DNA from: Guillardia theta CCMP2712
Lineage: Eukaryota; Protista; Cryptophyta
NCBI RefSeq assembly: GCF_000315625.1
Contig: NW_005434645.1
Location: 419,925 to 483,924 of the forward strand
Length of the DNA: 64,000 nt
Direction of reading: 5' to 3'
The position numbers and the translations under genes were made by a program. This document shows, piece after piece, positions 1 to 10,860 of the stretch (position 1 is the first letter of the stretch; the number at the start of each line of letters is the position of its first letter). The notes under the pieces are model-generated. The model made no database searches, was not told the DNA's origin, and was given only the letters and a program-made list of their open reading frames with translations.

Positions 1-1679
1 TTTTTTGATCCAGCATGCCATCCTTTGCTTCCATTTTTCCCTACCCATCTGTTGGAATGGAGATAGTATGAATCGTATTTTACCTTCCAAGAGGAGATTT
101 CTTGCTTCAGAAGCAAGTTTTCCTCCCTAACATTGGACAGCTCCCTACGCAGATCCTCGAAATGTGACTTGATTGATTCGGAACCTCTCTTTCCCATTTC
201 CATTTTTGTTTCAAGGCTATTCAATTTGTCCTTCGCAAAGAAAAACATTAATTGGCCAAGAAAAATATTATTCATGTGCCATGGAAAAACTACTTGGATG
301 GTGATACATACCTTGGACGAGTCATGCTCCTGTCTAATCGCTTCAAGCCAGTTCCTCATCTGATGCTTCTCGTCTTGTATTACTCGAATCATCTCGATCA
401 AACTCGCAACTGTCGCATCGACATTGACTTGGAGAGAAGAAAACTCTTGAAGAGTTTGTGCTGTCACACGAGGATCAGGCCGAACTAAGTTGGAATGGCA
501 CTAGTTTTCTGCAAACCTCGATCTTCCAGCGAAGAAAGCTCCAGATTTTGGACATTATGTAAGATTATCTCCAGACAGGGCAATAGGTGCTGGTAATCAT
601 CTTGGCGTAAGACATCTTTGATTTCTTTGACCATATTGAAGATCTCTTCAATCTTGTCCACGCGATTCTGAGATGTCCTCACCAGCGTTGCTTTTCTACA
701 TGATACAATCATTCGAGCGAGAATGTGAATAACAAAAAACTACTTGACAATGCCGTTTCGCTTCAGAGAGATGATGCTTTTGGATCCGATGGCACCATTC
801 CCCATCATGTTTTGAAGAATGTTATTCTCGTCTACCTGCAAATATTTTCAAACTAGAGGTAGAAAGAGTTCCAATCTATACTGGACGATTATCAACTGCT
901 GTGATTTCATCTCCAAATAGGATCTCTCCTTTCTCAAAGGCCCATGATCCTGGCAGCACACACTTGACCTGTGTTGGCTTACAGTCTTGGGTCTCTAGTC
1001 CAATGCGAACTCCAAAGGTCGAAGCATCATCCTTCTGGGGAGATTTGTATAACGTGCTGATCCCCTCGAAGACCACCTGATTCAGTCTTTCTAGCTCTTC
1101 AATCATCACTGTTTCTTTCTGAACCATACAGAAAGTGTCCATCTTTGCTTGAATCGAGCCCGCGTCGAAGGACTGAAGCATCGGAGATTTCGGCGAGCTC
1201 CATGACATCGATTCATAAGGTGACCGAGGGGTACCGCTCATGCTGAGTACTGTTACACCCGAATCTAGCAAGCAAACGAGTCAGTGTCCTGTAATCATTG
1301 GGGAATTGACATCTACGCGGGAATATCCTGAATCATCACTCAACCAGACAATTAAATCGTCCATTGTACTTTTTCTCTCTTCCGATGGCATGACGGTGCA
1401 TTCCCATTCTTACATGCCTCTTGATCACACCAGCAGTTTACACTGCATTCTTAAATCTCAACCGTCCATGGTCACACCGATCACCCTCATTATGTCGCAC
1501 CACATCCAGGTTCCCTTGCATCTCTTCCCTCTGCCTCTCCTCTTTGGTCTCATGCGAATACCCAGCTGCTCGTTCCTCTTGTCTATCAACTGTATTCTGA
1601 TCCCTCTTCTGCCACGTTTATTCCTCTCCTCCTGAGAGTCCTCAGCGGCTGCTGATCTAATCATAGAGCTCGCTGGCAT
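1..1679 (-). CDS. PDZ-domain/coiled-coil protein, multi-exon, runs off the left edge
   Basis: ORF 876-1271 encodes a PDZ-like segment (FGVRIGLE...VKCVLPGSWAFEKGEILFGDEITAVDNRP), followed by helical exons at 485-712. The ATG at 1679 is tentative. Confidence 0.55.
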
Positions 1680-2368
1680 GTTCCATTTCGTCGGCACTAC
1701 TATCGGAGGTACCGTGGATTATCCCTGTACCCTCCTCAATATTATGAAATGTAGGGGTACTCTCCGGTCCATTGGGGGTCTTTTCCGACTACTAGCTACA
1801 GAGAAGCTACAAAGGGGTCGAGGTAGGTCCATGGTCCCCCCGGGGCCGGCCGCCGCCGGGGCCCCCGGCGGCCGGGCCCGGCTGGCGGAGTCAGTCCGAC
1901 CACGTGACTACTAACAGACAGATCGGGGGGCACTGCAGCGGCCGCGCCCGGGACTGCCAGGGGACTCAGGCCGCTCGAGTCGGCCGCCTACTAGCGGTTT
2001 GATTGAACAGTGGTCACTGTCATGCCGGACGCCGCCGGCCGGGCGTCCGACTCCGGCGATCCGACATCGCCGACCCGGACCCGGGCCACTGGCAAACATC
2101 TCATGATCCAATGCCTTAGCGCCGCCACTGGCACGGTCCAATCATTATCGGAGTCTTTCTAGTGATGTCAAGGAAGAACTGGAGGTTCAAATATCAGGCC
2201 GCTGCGGTGGCCCGGGGGCACTTGAAGTCACTGTGGCATATTCAGTTCAACTGACTTGGCAAGTTGAATGAACTGAGTCACAAAGTTTGCATATGAGACG
2301 GGCGGCGCCCCGCCGGACTCCCTGCCGGGCCCGGACTAGGAGGGGTTTAGGTTTAGGAATCCACTTAA

Positions 2369-2519
2369 TAGATAAACGCCACGAATCTATCTACCACGGG
2401 TACTCTCCTCATGATGTGACGGAATATGTGAATACCCTTCTGAACGACGAACTAAGTTTTCGCACAGAACTGCCGTCGTATGATTGAGAGCCGCGACTCT
2501 CCGTCATACAACGGCAGTT
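2369..2519 (-). ncRNA. Candidate Fanzor omegaRNA scaffold (four abutting hairpins)
   Basis: Stems at 2468-2483/2504-2519 (inner 2486-2501), 2438-2442/2465-2469, 2398-2404/2431-2437 and 2369-2376/2386-2393. Four plus-strand C-A mismatches become G-U pairs on the minus strand. Lies ~215 nt downstream of the Fanzor stop. Exact ends are unknown. Confidence 0.7.
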
Positions 2520-2733
2520 GTTTTTTTTTGCCAAATTGTCTTCGGATGTTGTTGGAGCCTTACATGAATCCTACCAAATGATGCCAGTCAGTCACTTCAA
2601 TGATCACATGTCGTAAACATCGGATCATAATGGAGGCAGGCACCGGGCAGGCAGGCAGGCAGGGAATTAGGCATCGAGTCCCGAGGGACGCAGTCTGGGT
2701 AGGGAGGGGGCGACAACAATCATTGAATTCACC

Positions 2734-4795
2734 TCAGGGGCGACGTAGGTGATTCGGTCTTTCAGGAAACACATTGAAACAAGTGAGTATATTCAGTGCA
2801 GCATTCAAGTCCCTGGATTTGATCGGCTTTCCTTTACAGCTGTCACGATAACAGTTAGATGAAAAGGTGAATTACAGGAGTATACAAAACTTGACATTAC
2901 CTCGATGATCTGCAAAATTTCAATCCTCGTACTTCACTTTTCCTTGTTTTCAACCTACAGGTCTCGTCTGGTTCTTTCCCTGTATTTTCAATCCGTCGAA
3001 GCACATCGAGCTCAGAACCACAATCGTTACAGCACTTGGTAGTACGGTATTCGTCAACATCTACGACTCTGTAGTGATTCTCGAATCTTCTTCTTATCCA
3101 CCTGACCGGTACAGGCCTTTCTCCTCGACGTCCTATAGACGGGAACCTTGCATTTCCGTATGCGATAACAGGTTCTATTTCTCCCTTTCCTTTCATTGTA
3201 CGGATAAACCTGTCGACTGACTTTCGTTTCGAAATGTAGATGTCGAATTTCATCCTGGCGTATTTTCGCTTTGAATAATGCGAAGTTAACTCCTCCCAAT
3301 GACTTGTAACTGCAAGAAGATAGTCTTCGAATCTTGATAGACTGCCGCCAGACTTACTCGAGAACCCCTTGAGATAGTGCAATGTCGATTGAATATCTTG
3401 ATCCCACGTCTTTCTTTTCTTTTTATTGCGATTCAGATGTGACTCGTGATAATATTGTTTTCTCGAAAACTGAAATCTTTTTCTGATTATTTGTTGATCA
3501 TCTCTGAATTGTTCGACGGCCGATATAATGACGCTCCTCCCAGGGTCGATCGCAATTACCCTTGGGCAATTTTTACATTCTTCGATCTCTCTTTGGTATT
3601 CTGAATTTTCATGTAATACTTTGTATGATATTGATATCTTCTTCGCCGATTTCCGTTCAGCCCTTTTTCTATCGGCAAGCCATTTGGTAGTGCGCAATGA
3701 AGGTTCCTGTTCGAGTCCATCGATTGTTTTGACAATCAGCGTGAATCGAAAACAAACCGATACACCGTCTGTCGTGATACTTGTAATCTCCTCTCTCTGA
3801 TCTCTGAACAGATTCGAACAGTCGAAAATCCTTCTGAAATTCCTAGAGTTCTCCAAAGTTTGATCTATTCTCATGAACGATTTTTTATCTTCTCCCGGTT
3901 TCAAACTGTTCGCTTCTTTCAAAATGTAATACATCACATCATTATCGATTGTTAGATGTTTTCTGCCGAATTTCGACATTGGTGCTGCCTTGAATGTTTT
4001 TTTCGAGAGACCACGATCTTCGAAGAACTTCAACATGAACATGTGTGTCTCGATTATCTCAAACAGATTTTTCTGCAACCTATGATCAAATTTGTCATAT
4101 TTGAAACTAAAAAGATCTTCGTCCCCCGATAATCCAATTAGTTGTTTCATATGGTCGATGAAGGTTCCTATCTGCTGTGAATTATTCCTGTTAAACACTT
4201 CTGTCTTCAACTCGTAATCTTTCCTTTGAAACAATACATTCTTCACGTCTTCGATTTCTTGCTGATGGTTAATATGTAACTCTCCTTTGCAGAATTCGGC
4301 AATGAACTTTTCCAATCGGTTTGTAAAATTTGCTTTCAGGTCTTGGTAGAAATTCGTTCCATATTGATTTGCAGCGAATACAATAGCTTGCGAGTCTCCT
4401 CGAATTCTACATAAATCAACGAAAAGATGTCTTTTCTCTGACCAGAAACGTTGTAGAGTTGGATACTTGTTATCTGTACGGCTATGTTGTTCCATTCCAA
4501 GTGTAAAAACATTCCAGAAAAATGTCGATTTGGCTCTCTTGATTTCATCTACTACATATCGTAAATTCCCTGTATCCCTGCCCCATATCAGAAAACAGTT
4601 GAATATCATACTGCCTCTTGATGTGACGTGACTGATATGTAATACCCATCTGTCGATCACGTCTAAAATCGATCTGTTCTCTACCTTGAGTCTCGAGTAT
4701 AACCCACATTTGACGACTCTCGTGAATGGTTTTGAATAACTTATTTCTTGACCGTTGTCTGAATCATCTGTAATTCGTTTTCTCTTCCTCGGCAT
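2734..4795 (-). CDS. Fanzor1-like (TnpB-family) RNA-guided DNA endonuclease, 2 exons (4795-2901, 2839-2734), 666 aa
   Basis: ITTDGVSVC motif, RuvC-I VIAIDPG, IAYGNARF, RuvC-II VDEYRTTKCCNDC. After removing the GT-AG intron 2900-2840: CRSSSC and RuvC-III SRDLNAALNI...RPNHLRRP*. N-terminal NLS-like PRKRKR. Confidence 0.92.
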
Positions 4796-5597
4796 GTTAT
4801 AGTATGTTAGTCTGGCGAAACCATGTTAGATAGCAGGTAGTCGCTACATTTTTTTCATTACCATCGTTTCAGTGTATTGTCGGACCGCAAACTCTGTAAT
4901 GGCGGGAAGACGAAACGAGAGCCACAAACTTTCCGTCGGAGGCGGGAAGAATTTTTTTTTTCTTTTTTAAGACCCTCATACAGCCCCATTGGATGGGTGA
5001 TTGAAACCTATCAACGACCCCTGTCATGCTGGTCCAGGACTCCTTCGGGAGTCCTTTTGTCGATTAAAGGATAAGTTTCTCCGGCCCGGGACAAGTTCCC
5101 GCCACTTTTCCAGGGTACGGGTGGGACTTTTTCATAGGGAAGGGGGGGTGAGGCTATTCAATTGTGAGGGTGGGCAATCTCCAATGACGAAGGGGTGGGG
5201 TACTTTGCAGTCAGATTGTAGGGTGCTCTTCCGGGCCTTCCAAAAGGCGGGAAAAAGTTTGCCGCGCTCCAATGTCCTGCCGCTTACCTATGCCGTTCCT
5301 TGACCAAACTTCCTTCCCATGGAAGAGTATCTTCAACTTATCTCTGATTATATCTGCGACTTTGTTCTGCTCCTTCGATCTCTTGTGGTTGTTTCTCCCT
5401 CGTAATGTCCTTAAGCTTCCTCTTGGTGCAAATTCTTGCAAATTTCCGAACTTTCTTCGTTGTGTTTCATCAACCTGATTCTGTATTGACAGATAGATTA
5501 ATTGCGCCGGAATCAAACTTGAATTATTCGTCAACCAATTTCAGTTTCTCGTGCTTGAAAAGTCCAACAAAGTTGGTCACATTGTGAAATATTTGCA

Positions 5598-8500
5598 ATG
5601 AGCAAATCTGCATCAAGATCTGTTCATTCCAAAGAAGCAGCGCTTCAACCTGATTTTCTGGATCGCCAGCTGGGAAACAGTGAACTAATAAAGAGATTAA
5701 AGGTTCTTGTGATTCACAAAGTGTTAGAAATAGAGTGTTTAATGTTTCTTCAAGGTTGCCACTGAAGTATTGGAAGCGTACGGAGATGAAGATGAAATCG
5801 TTGAGCAGGCTAAAAGAGGTTGTATCTCGTTTGTCTCCTTGTTGCCATCTGATGAAATCTGCAGAAATTGGGCAGCTCTCATCTTCCCTTGGCGAGGATT
5901 GGCTTGTAGAACATAAGAATAAGGACGTGCGGCTGTTGGTTGCTTGTGCATTGGCTGATGTGCTTCGAATCTACGCACCTGACCCTCCATATGAGGAGCA
6001 AATTTGTGCCGACATCATGAAGCTTTTTATCAAAATTTTGAGAGATTTTGAGAACCCAGACATGAATACACAGCATCCCTCGTACAGGTAATCAATGTTT
6101 TGATCGAAGAACTCCCCTTGGTTGACTCAATTGCATTCTAGTATCCATTTCTACCTTTTGGAACGACTGAGCACGATCTCAATATTCAGTATAATTCCCG
6201 AGCTCATTGGATTCCGTGATGAGTTGATGTTAGAGCTCACAAAAGCAGCATACACTTTAGTTGGAAACATGCCCAACCATAGTTCAGCATCCAAAGTGAC
6301 AGAGCACCTTACAAGTATCCTATGCAGTGTCATTGAAGAAACCGAGTATCATGAAATTCAGCTGCTGGATCTTGTTGTGGGAGCGCTCTGTCAACATGAG
6401 AAAAAAGAAAATCCCAATGGTTATAGTATGATGAAGACGGTCATCGCCTCCTGTGAAAACCACTTTCAATACTTTTTGGAGCGACAGCTTCACCAGGTAA
6501 TTGTATACATATTCTGACTATGGAGAGATGATTGTTTCCCCTCTAGATCAAAGCAGGATTTCAAACTGAAAGTGAACTGGCTAATGGTGAACGGCTGGCA
6601 GAGGCTGTTTACGAATTGAGCACTGTTGCTCCTCGCGTTCTGACTCAGGTACAGCATTTCAGTGTTATATTCTCTGACTCAAACTCGAAGGTTCTGCCTG
6701 CATACACTGAAGACCTGACCATGGAAGATCCAAGTCTTAGAATCAAGGCGGTAAAATTGCTTGGAGCTATTTTTTCAGTCGGGACCTTCCAATTGGATTT
6801 TTCACAAGTGTTCACCGAATTCAAGAGGAGAACCTTTGACAAAGACCCCGACGTGCGCAAGTCGATGGCTTCAGTCATTCACCACCTCGTTTCTAAGAGA
6901 CCAGAACTTTCCAAGGCATTCATGGAGGAAAGTTGGGTTGCCAATGGCGACGAAAGAGATGCACCCATGCGCCTCCTAGTCATCGATTCCGACGAAGGAG
7001 TTCGCTGTGAGTCTGTGAGTGCCGTCTTCGACCTTTCTCTGAGTAATCCAGAAACTATCCCTACGGAGTTTCTGAAGTATGTTTCTGAACGAGTGATGGA
7101 TAAGAAAGCAAGTGTGAGGAAGAAAGCATTGGAGGGCCTAGCCAATTTGTGGCAAAAATATTGTGCTCCATACAAATATTTTGATTTAACGAATGCTTCA
7201 GAGCAGCGCTATGCTTGGATTCCTTCTAAGATTCTTTCGATTTCAACTTTAGACCAGGAGTCACGAGTTCATGCTTTGCACTGTCTTGAAAATATTTGCT
7301 TGAATGAGGAAAACATTGGACGGCCTTCTCATGACCTGGCATTGGACTTCTTCTGCTTGTTGGACCATAAGGGAAAGGATCAAATGTTCAATCTTTTGCG
7401 ATCGAAGCATCTTTTCTTGGAGAATTTTTTGAAGTTCAGTCAATTGCAAACAAAATCCTCGATGGAGATTGACGAAGATGAAAACGACAAGACCGAGGAA
7501 AGCTTGATTTCCAAGATTTCCTCCAGTTTTGCCGATCCTTCTGCAGCCAGTGAAGCCATCATGAAATTACGAGACATCAAAACTGGTAAAATTTGGGAGA
7601 ACTTGGAGGTAATGGCCAAACAATCAAAAACTGCTGAGGAGTTCAAAAAGTTGCATGACGATGTGATGAAAAAACTGGGACCCAGAAATCCAGTTTCAGG
7701 TTTTATGAAGACTTTGTTGTCAAAGTTAATTGACAATCACTTTGGAATTACCTTTATCCAGAATGTCCTCAAGTGTTTGCAGCATGATGACTCCGACATG
7801 GTATTAAGAGCGAAGAAGGGCCTTCCCGTACTTGCAGTACAGGCCAAAATTTTTGCCACCATGTTTAGCAACGAAGAGGCTATTCTGGAATCTCTTTTGA
7901 TGAAATCACCAACTGAGGATCCAGAAATCCTGGAATACCTACTGAAGATCACAAGTGAGACTGGCAAAGATCTACATCGTCTTCGAAAAAACAAGTCCTT
8001 TCTTTCCAAGCTTGAAAATTACTGTTCACATGATTCATGGATGGTGGCCAAATATGCGATTCGGAGTCTCCTGTCATTGAAAGAAAGCTTTTCTGCAGAT
8101 GGGAAGAAGTTCGTTGACAACTGTGTCAAGGCTTTGAATTTTGGACCTGGGCTTCCGTCCACTCTCAGAGTCCTTGTCGAAGTCCTGAAGGTGCATCCAG
8201 AGCTTTCTCCTAGCATCGAGACGACTATTGAGAAGTTCGTTGTCAAGAAGCTTCTCCATGCACCTTCAAATCATTCTTCAAGCAAAAAGGATCGTAATAT
8301 CCACATGCAGGCCAGGGTCCAGGGGATCAAGCTGATTTCTATTTACCTTTCCCATGGCGACTTGGAGACAGAAGTGGCTGAGACACTACTTGATCATATA
8401 CAAAATATCATTCAAGAACAAGGAGAAGTGTCTACAGATCGAAGCACTGCAAAGCCAGACAGGGCCACCTTGAGGCTTGTTGCTGGATCTTGCTTAATCA

Positions 8501-10860
8501 AGATAGCTAAATCTATGCTGGATTTGTTTCCTCCACAAGCCTTTCTAACGTTGTCCCGGCTTTTGAATGATGAAGACTCAAAAGTGAAATCGACCATCTT
8601 GAAAAAATTGTACAAAGGTACTGCCAAACAGCAGGGGAAATTACCATTTTATTACGCGAGTATGTTTGCTATGGTGGCAAATGATACAGATTCAAATGTG
8701 GTTGATCAAGGCAAATCCTATTTACGCAACGTTGTCTTATTGATGAATCGTCTTAAGACTCATACTGGTAAGGCAAATCTGTCTATACTTCCAGAGCGAA
8801 TTTTGCCATGGCTGATTTTCATGCTTGTTCTCCACGAAGAATACACAAACCCTGAAGTTGAGAGCACCACTGCCAGCATGTGCTTCAAAAAATGCCTTGA
8901 ATTTTATCTTTCGGCTATTTCTCAACTGCCTGCAGACGATCAGAATACTTCAGCCATACTCCAAATTTTTGAGTATGTCCGAAAATGTTCTATTCCAATG
9001 GACTTGGCAGGAGATGTCCCTGGATCAATCCTCACTCGCAATGTCGGTTTGATCACCGAGGTTGGCCAGAGACTACTCATCAAGATAGGACTTAATCGAA
9101 AGCATGGCACCAAGGGATTCGCTGGATCTTTGCAAAGATTAGTAGATAGCAAAATCTTTCGCGAGGGTGATCAAGCTGTGCCGAATGATTCCTATGGAGT
9201 TGATTATACTCTGCAATCGCGCAAAGCAAATCCAAAGAAAAGGATATCTTCTTCAAAGGATGACACGGTCAAGGAATCGGATGATGAAACATCTGAACCA
9301 TTCGATATGTCTTCACCGCAAACAAAGAGAAACAGGAAGAGCGCTGGATCTACCAAGAATCTTTCTGTAGATGATGAAGCTCCAGATCCAGAGGACGACG
9401 TGCCTGAACAGGTAGCTCGTGCTTTAAGCTATGTTGTATGACATGCCATCAGGTGAAATATGCATCTTCTAGTCGCCAAATTGCCGTCGGCGCCGTGGTG
9501 GAAGCTGAGATGAAAAATCCCCATACTGGAAAGCTTGAATGGCTGAAAGGAAAGATCATCAAAGTGAACGCCAAGAAGAAGACTTTCGACTTGCACTTTG
9601 AGGTCACAAGCTCAGATGAGCAGGGGGATTGGACGGAGACATACAAGGTGGGTTGCTGATTATGCTCTGCTCTTTGCTCTACTCCCACGATCGATCAAGG
9701 GATCTGACTTGCGCGGCAGTTTGGCGAAGAGGGCAAGGAGTGGAGGTGGCCATTGGAAACACCATCTCAACCGCGAGGAGGCCTGCAGACAAGGGATCGA
9801 TTAACTCCGGCCCAGTCTCCAGACAAGAGAGTCAAAGCTTCGGAAGATAACATTGAAGAAACAGCGAAGAAGATTGCTGTTGGTGCTATGGTGGAAGCTG
9901 AGATGGAAAATCCCCATACTGGAAAGCTTGAATGGCTGAAAGGAAAGATCATCAAAGTGAACGCCAAGAAGAAGACTTTCGACTTGCACTTTGAGGTCAC
10001 AAGCTCAGATGAGCAGGGGGATTGGACGGAGACATACAAGGTGGGTTGCTGATTATGCTCTGCTCTTTGCTCTACTCCCACGATCGATCAAGGGATCTGA
10101 CTTGCGCGGCAGTTTGGAGAAGAGGGCAAGGAGTGGCGATGGCCTGCCAAACATTTGCATGCGCCGCCTTCGCCAGAGAAAAGCTCGCCCTCTGTACCCA
10201 TGAAGAAAGCCCCTTCAAGATTGTCAGGAGCTACACCGCCAGTCAAGTCACCAGCGTCGAGTGTCAAATCTCCAGCTTCAAGTGTCAAGTCACCAGCGTC
10301 GAGTGTCAAATCTCCTGCTTCTAGCTTTAAGTCACCTGCTTCGGGTGTCAAGGCTGAACTCAAGACAACCAAGTCGTCCTCTTTGGTGAGTTCTTCTCGA
10401 TCCCTCTCGCTTGTTTCTCTTGTCGGCAAGCTTGGTCACATTTTATCTGTAGTCTTCAGCTCATAGCTCGAAACAGAGCGACAAAAAAGCACGATCGGAC
10501 TCCAAACCGTCAACTCCAAGAATATCTGTAATACCTGTGTTGCAATGTGGAAGTATCTCCCCTTGACCAGTGTCTTTCCAGGCGCCGTTTGATATTGACG
10601 ACGACGAGGATGATGGAGATGCACTCCCCTTCTCGAAGAAGGAGACTCCTGTCAAATTGTCGCCCAATCCTGCGTCGAGTCGGTCCAAGGCCATGACTCC
10701 CGTGAAAGGAAGAGCTAGTGCTTCACATGATCTGTCCGGTACGGCTTGGGACAAGGCCATCAATCGTCTCAAGAATACGAAGGCGATGGATGACAGAGAT
10801 TCTGGATCCAAACGTCTGAATGCTGATGGTGCTGTTAAGGCCAAAAGGCGGAGAATTTAA
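5598..10860 (+). CDS. PDS5: Sister chromatid cohesion protein PDS5, multi-exon, with two C-terminal Tudor/Agenet-like domains
   Basis: ELIKRLK in exon 1, HKNKDVRLLVACALADVLRIYAPDPPY, ERVMDKKASVRKKAL, WIPSKIL, LPERILPWLIFML. HEAT-repeat-like ORF 6616-9441. Basic C-terminus ending KRRRI*. Confidence 0.9.
9497..10136 (+). repeat. ~247-bp direct duplication (9497-9743 / 9890-10136) of a Tudor-like exon plus its 72-nt intron
   Basis: Near-identical copies offset by 393 nt. Introns 9648-9719 and 10041-10112 look identical by eye. Confidence 0.93.
10242..10352 (+). repeat. 21-bp coding tandem repeat encoding (VKSPASS)x5
   Basis: Translation VKSPASSVKSPASSVKSPASSVKSPASSFKSPASGVK in ORF 10155-10466. 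Confidence 0.85.

Noticed and set aside
2334-2393. Hairpin plus CTAG as a Helitron 3' end for the Fanzor locus
   Set aside because: The hairpin-to-CTAG distance is long, there is no Rep/helicase, and no 5' TC boundary could be identified. Not excluded, but unsupported.
2695-2732. Possible short GT-AG intron just after the Fanzor stop codon
   Set aside because: Shorter than other local introns, does not affect the protein and cannot be tested without transcripts.
5211-5534. Minus-strand ORF upstream of Fanzor as a transposase or accessory gene
   Set aside because: No ATG start, short, and no recognisable motif.
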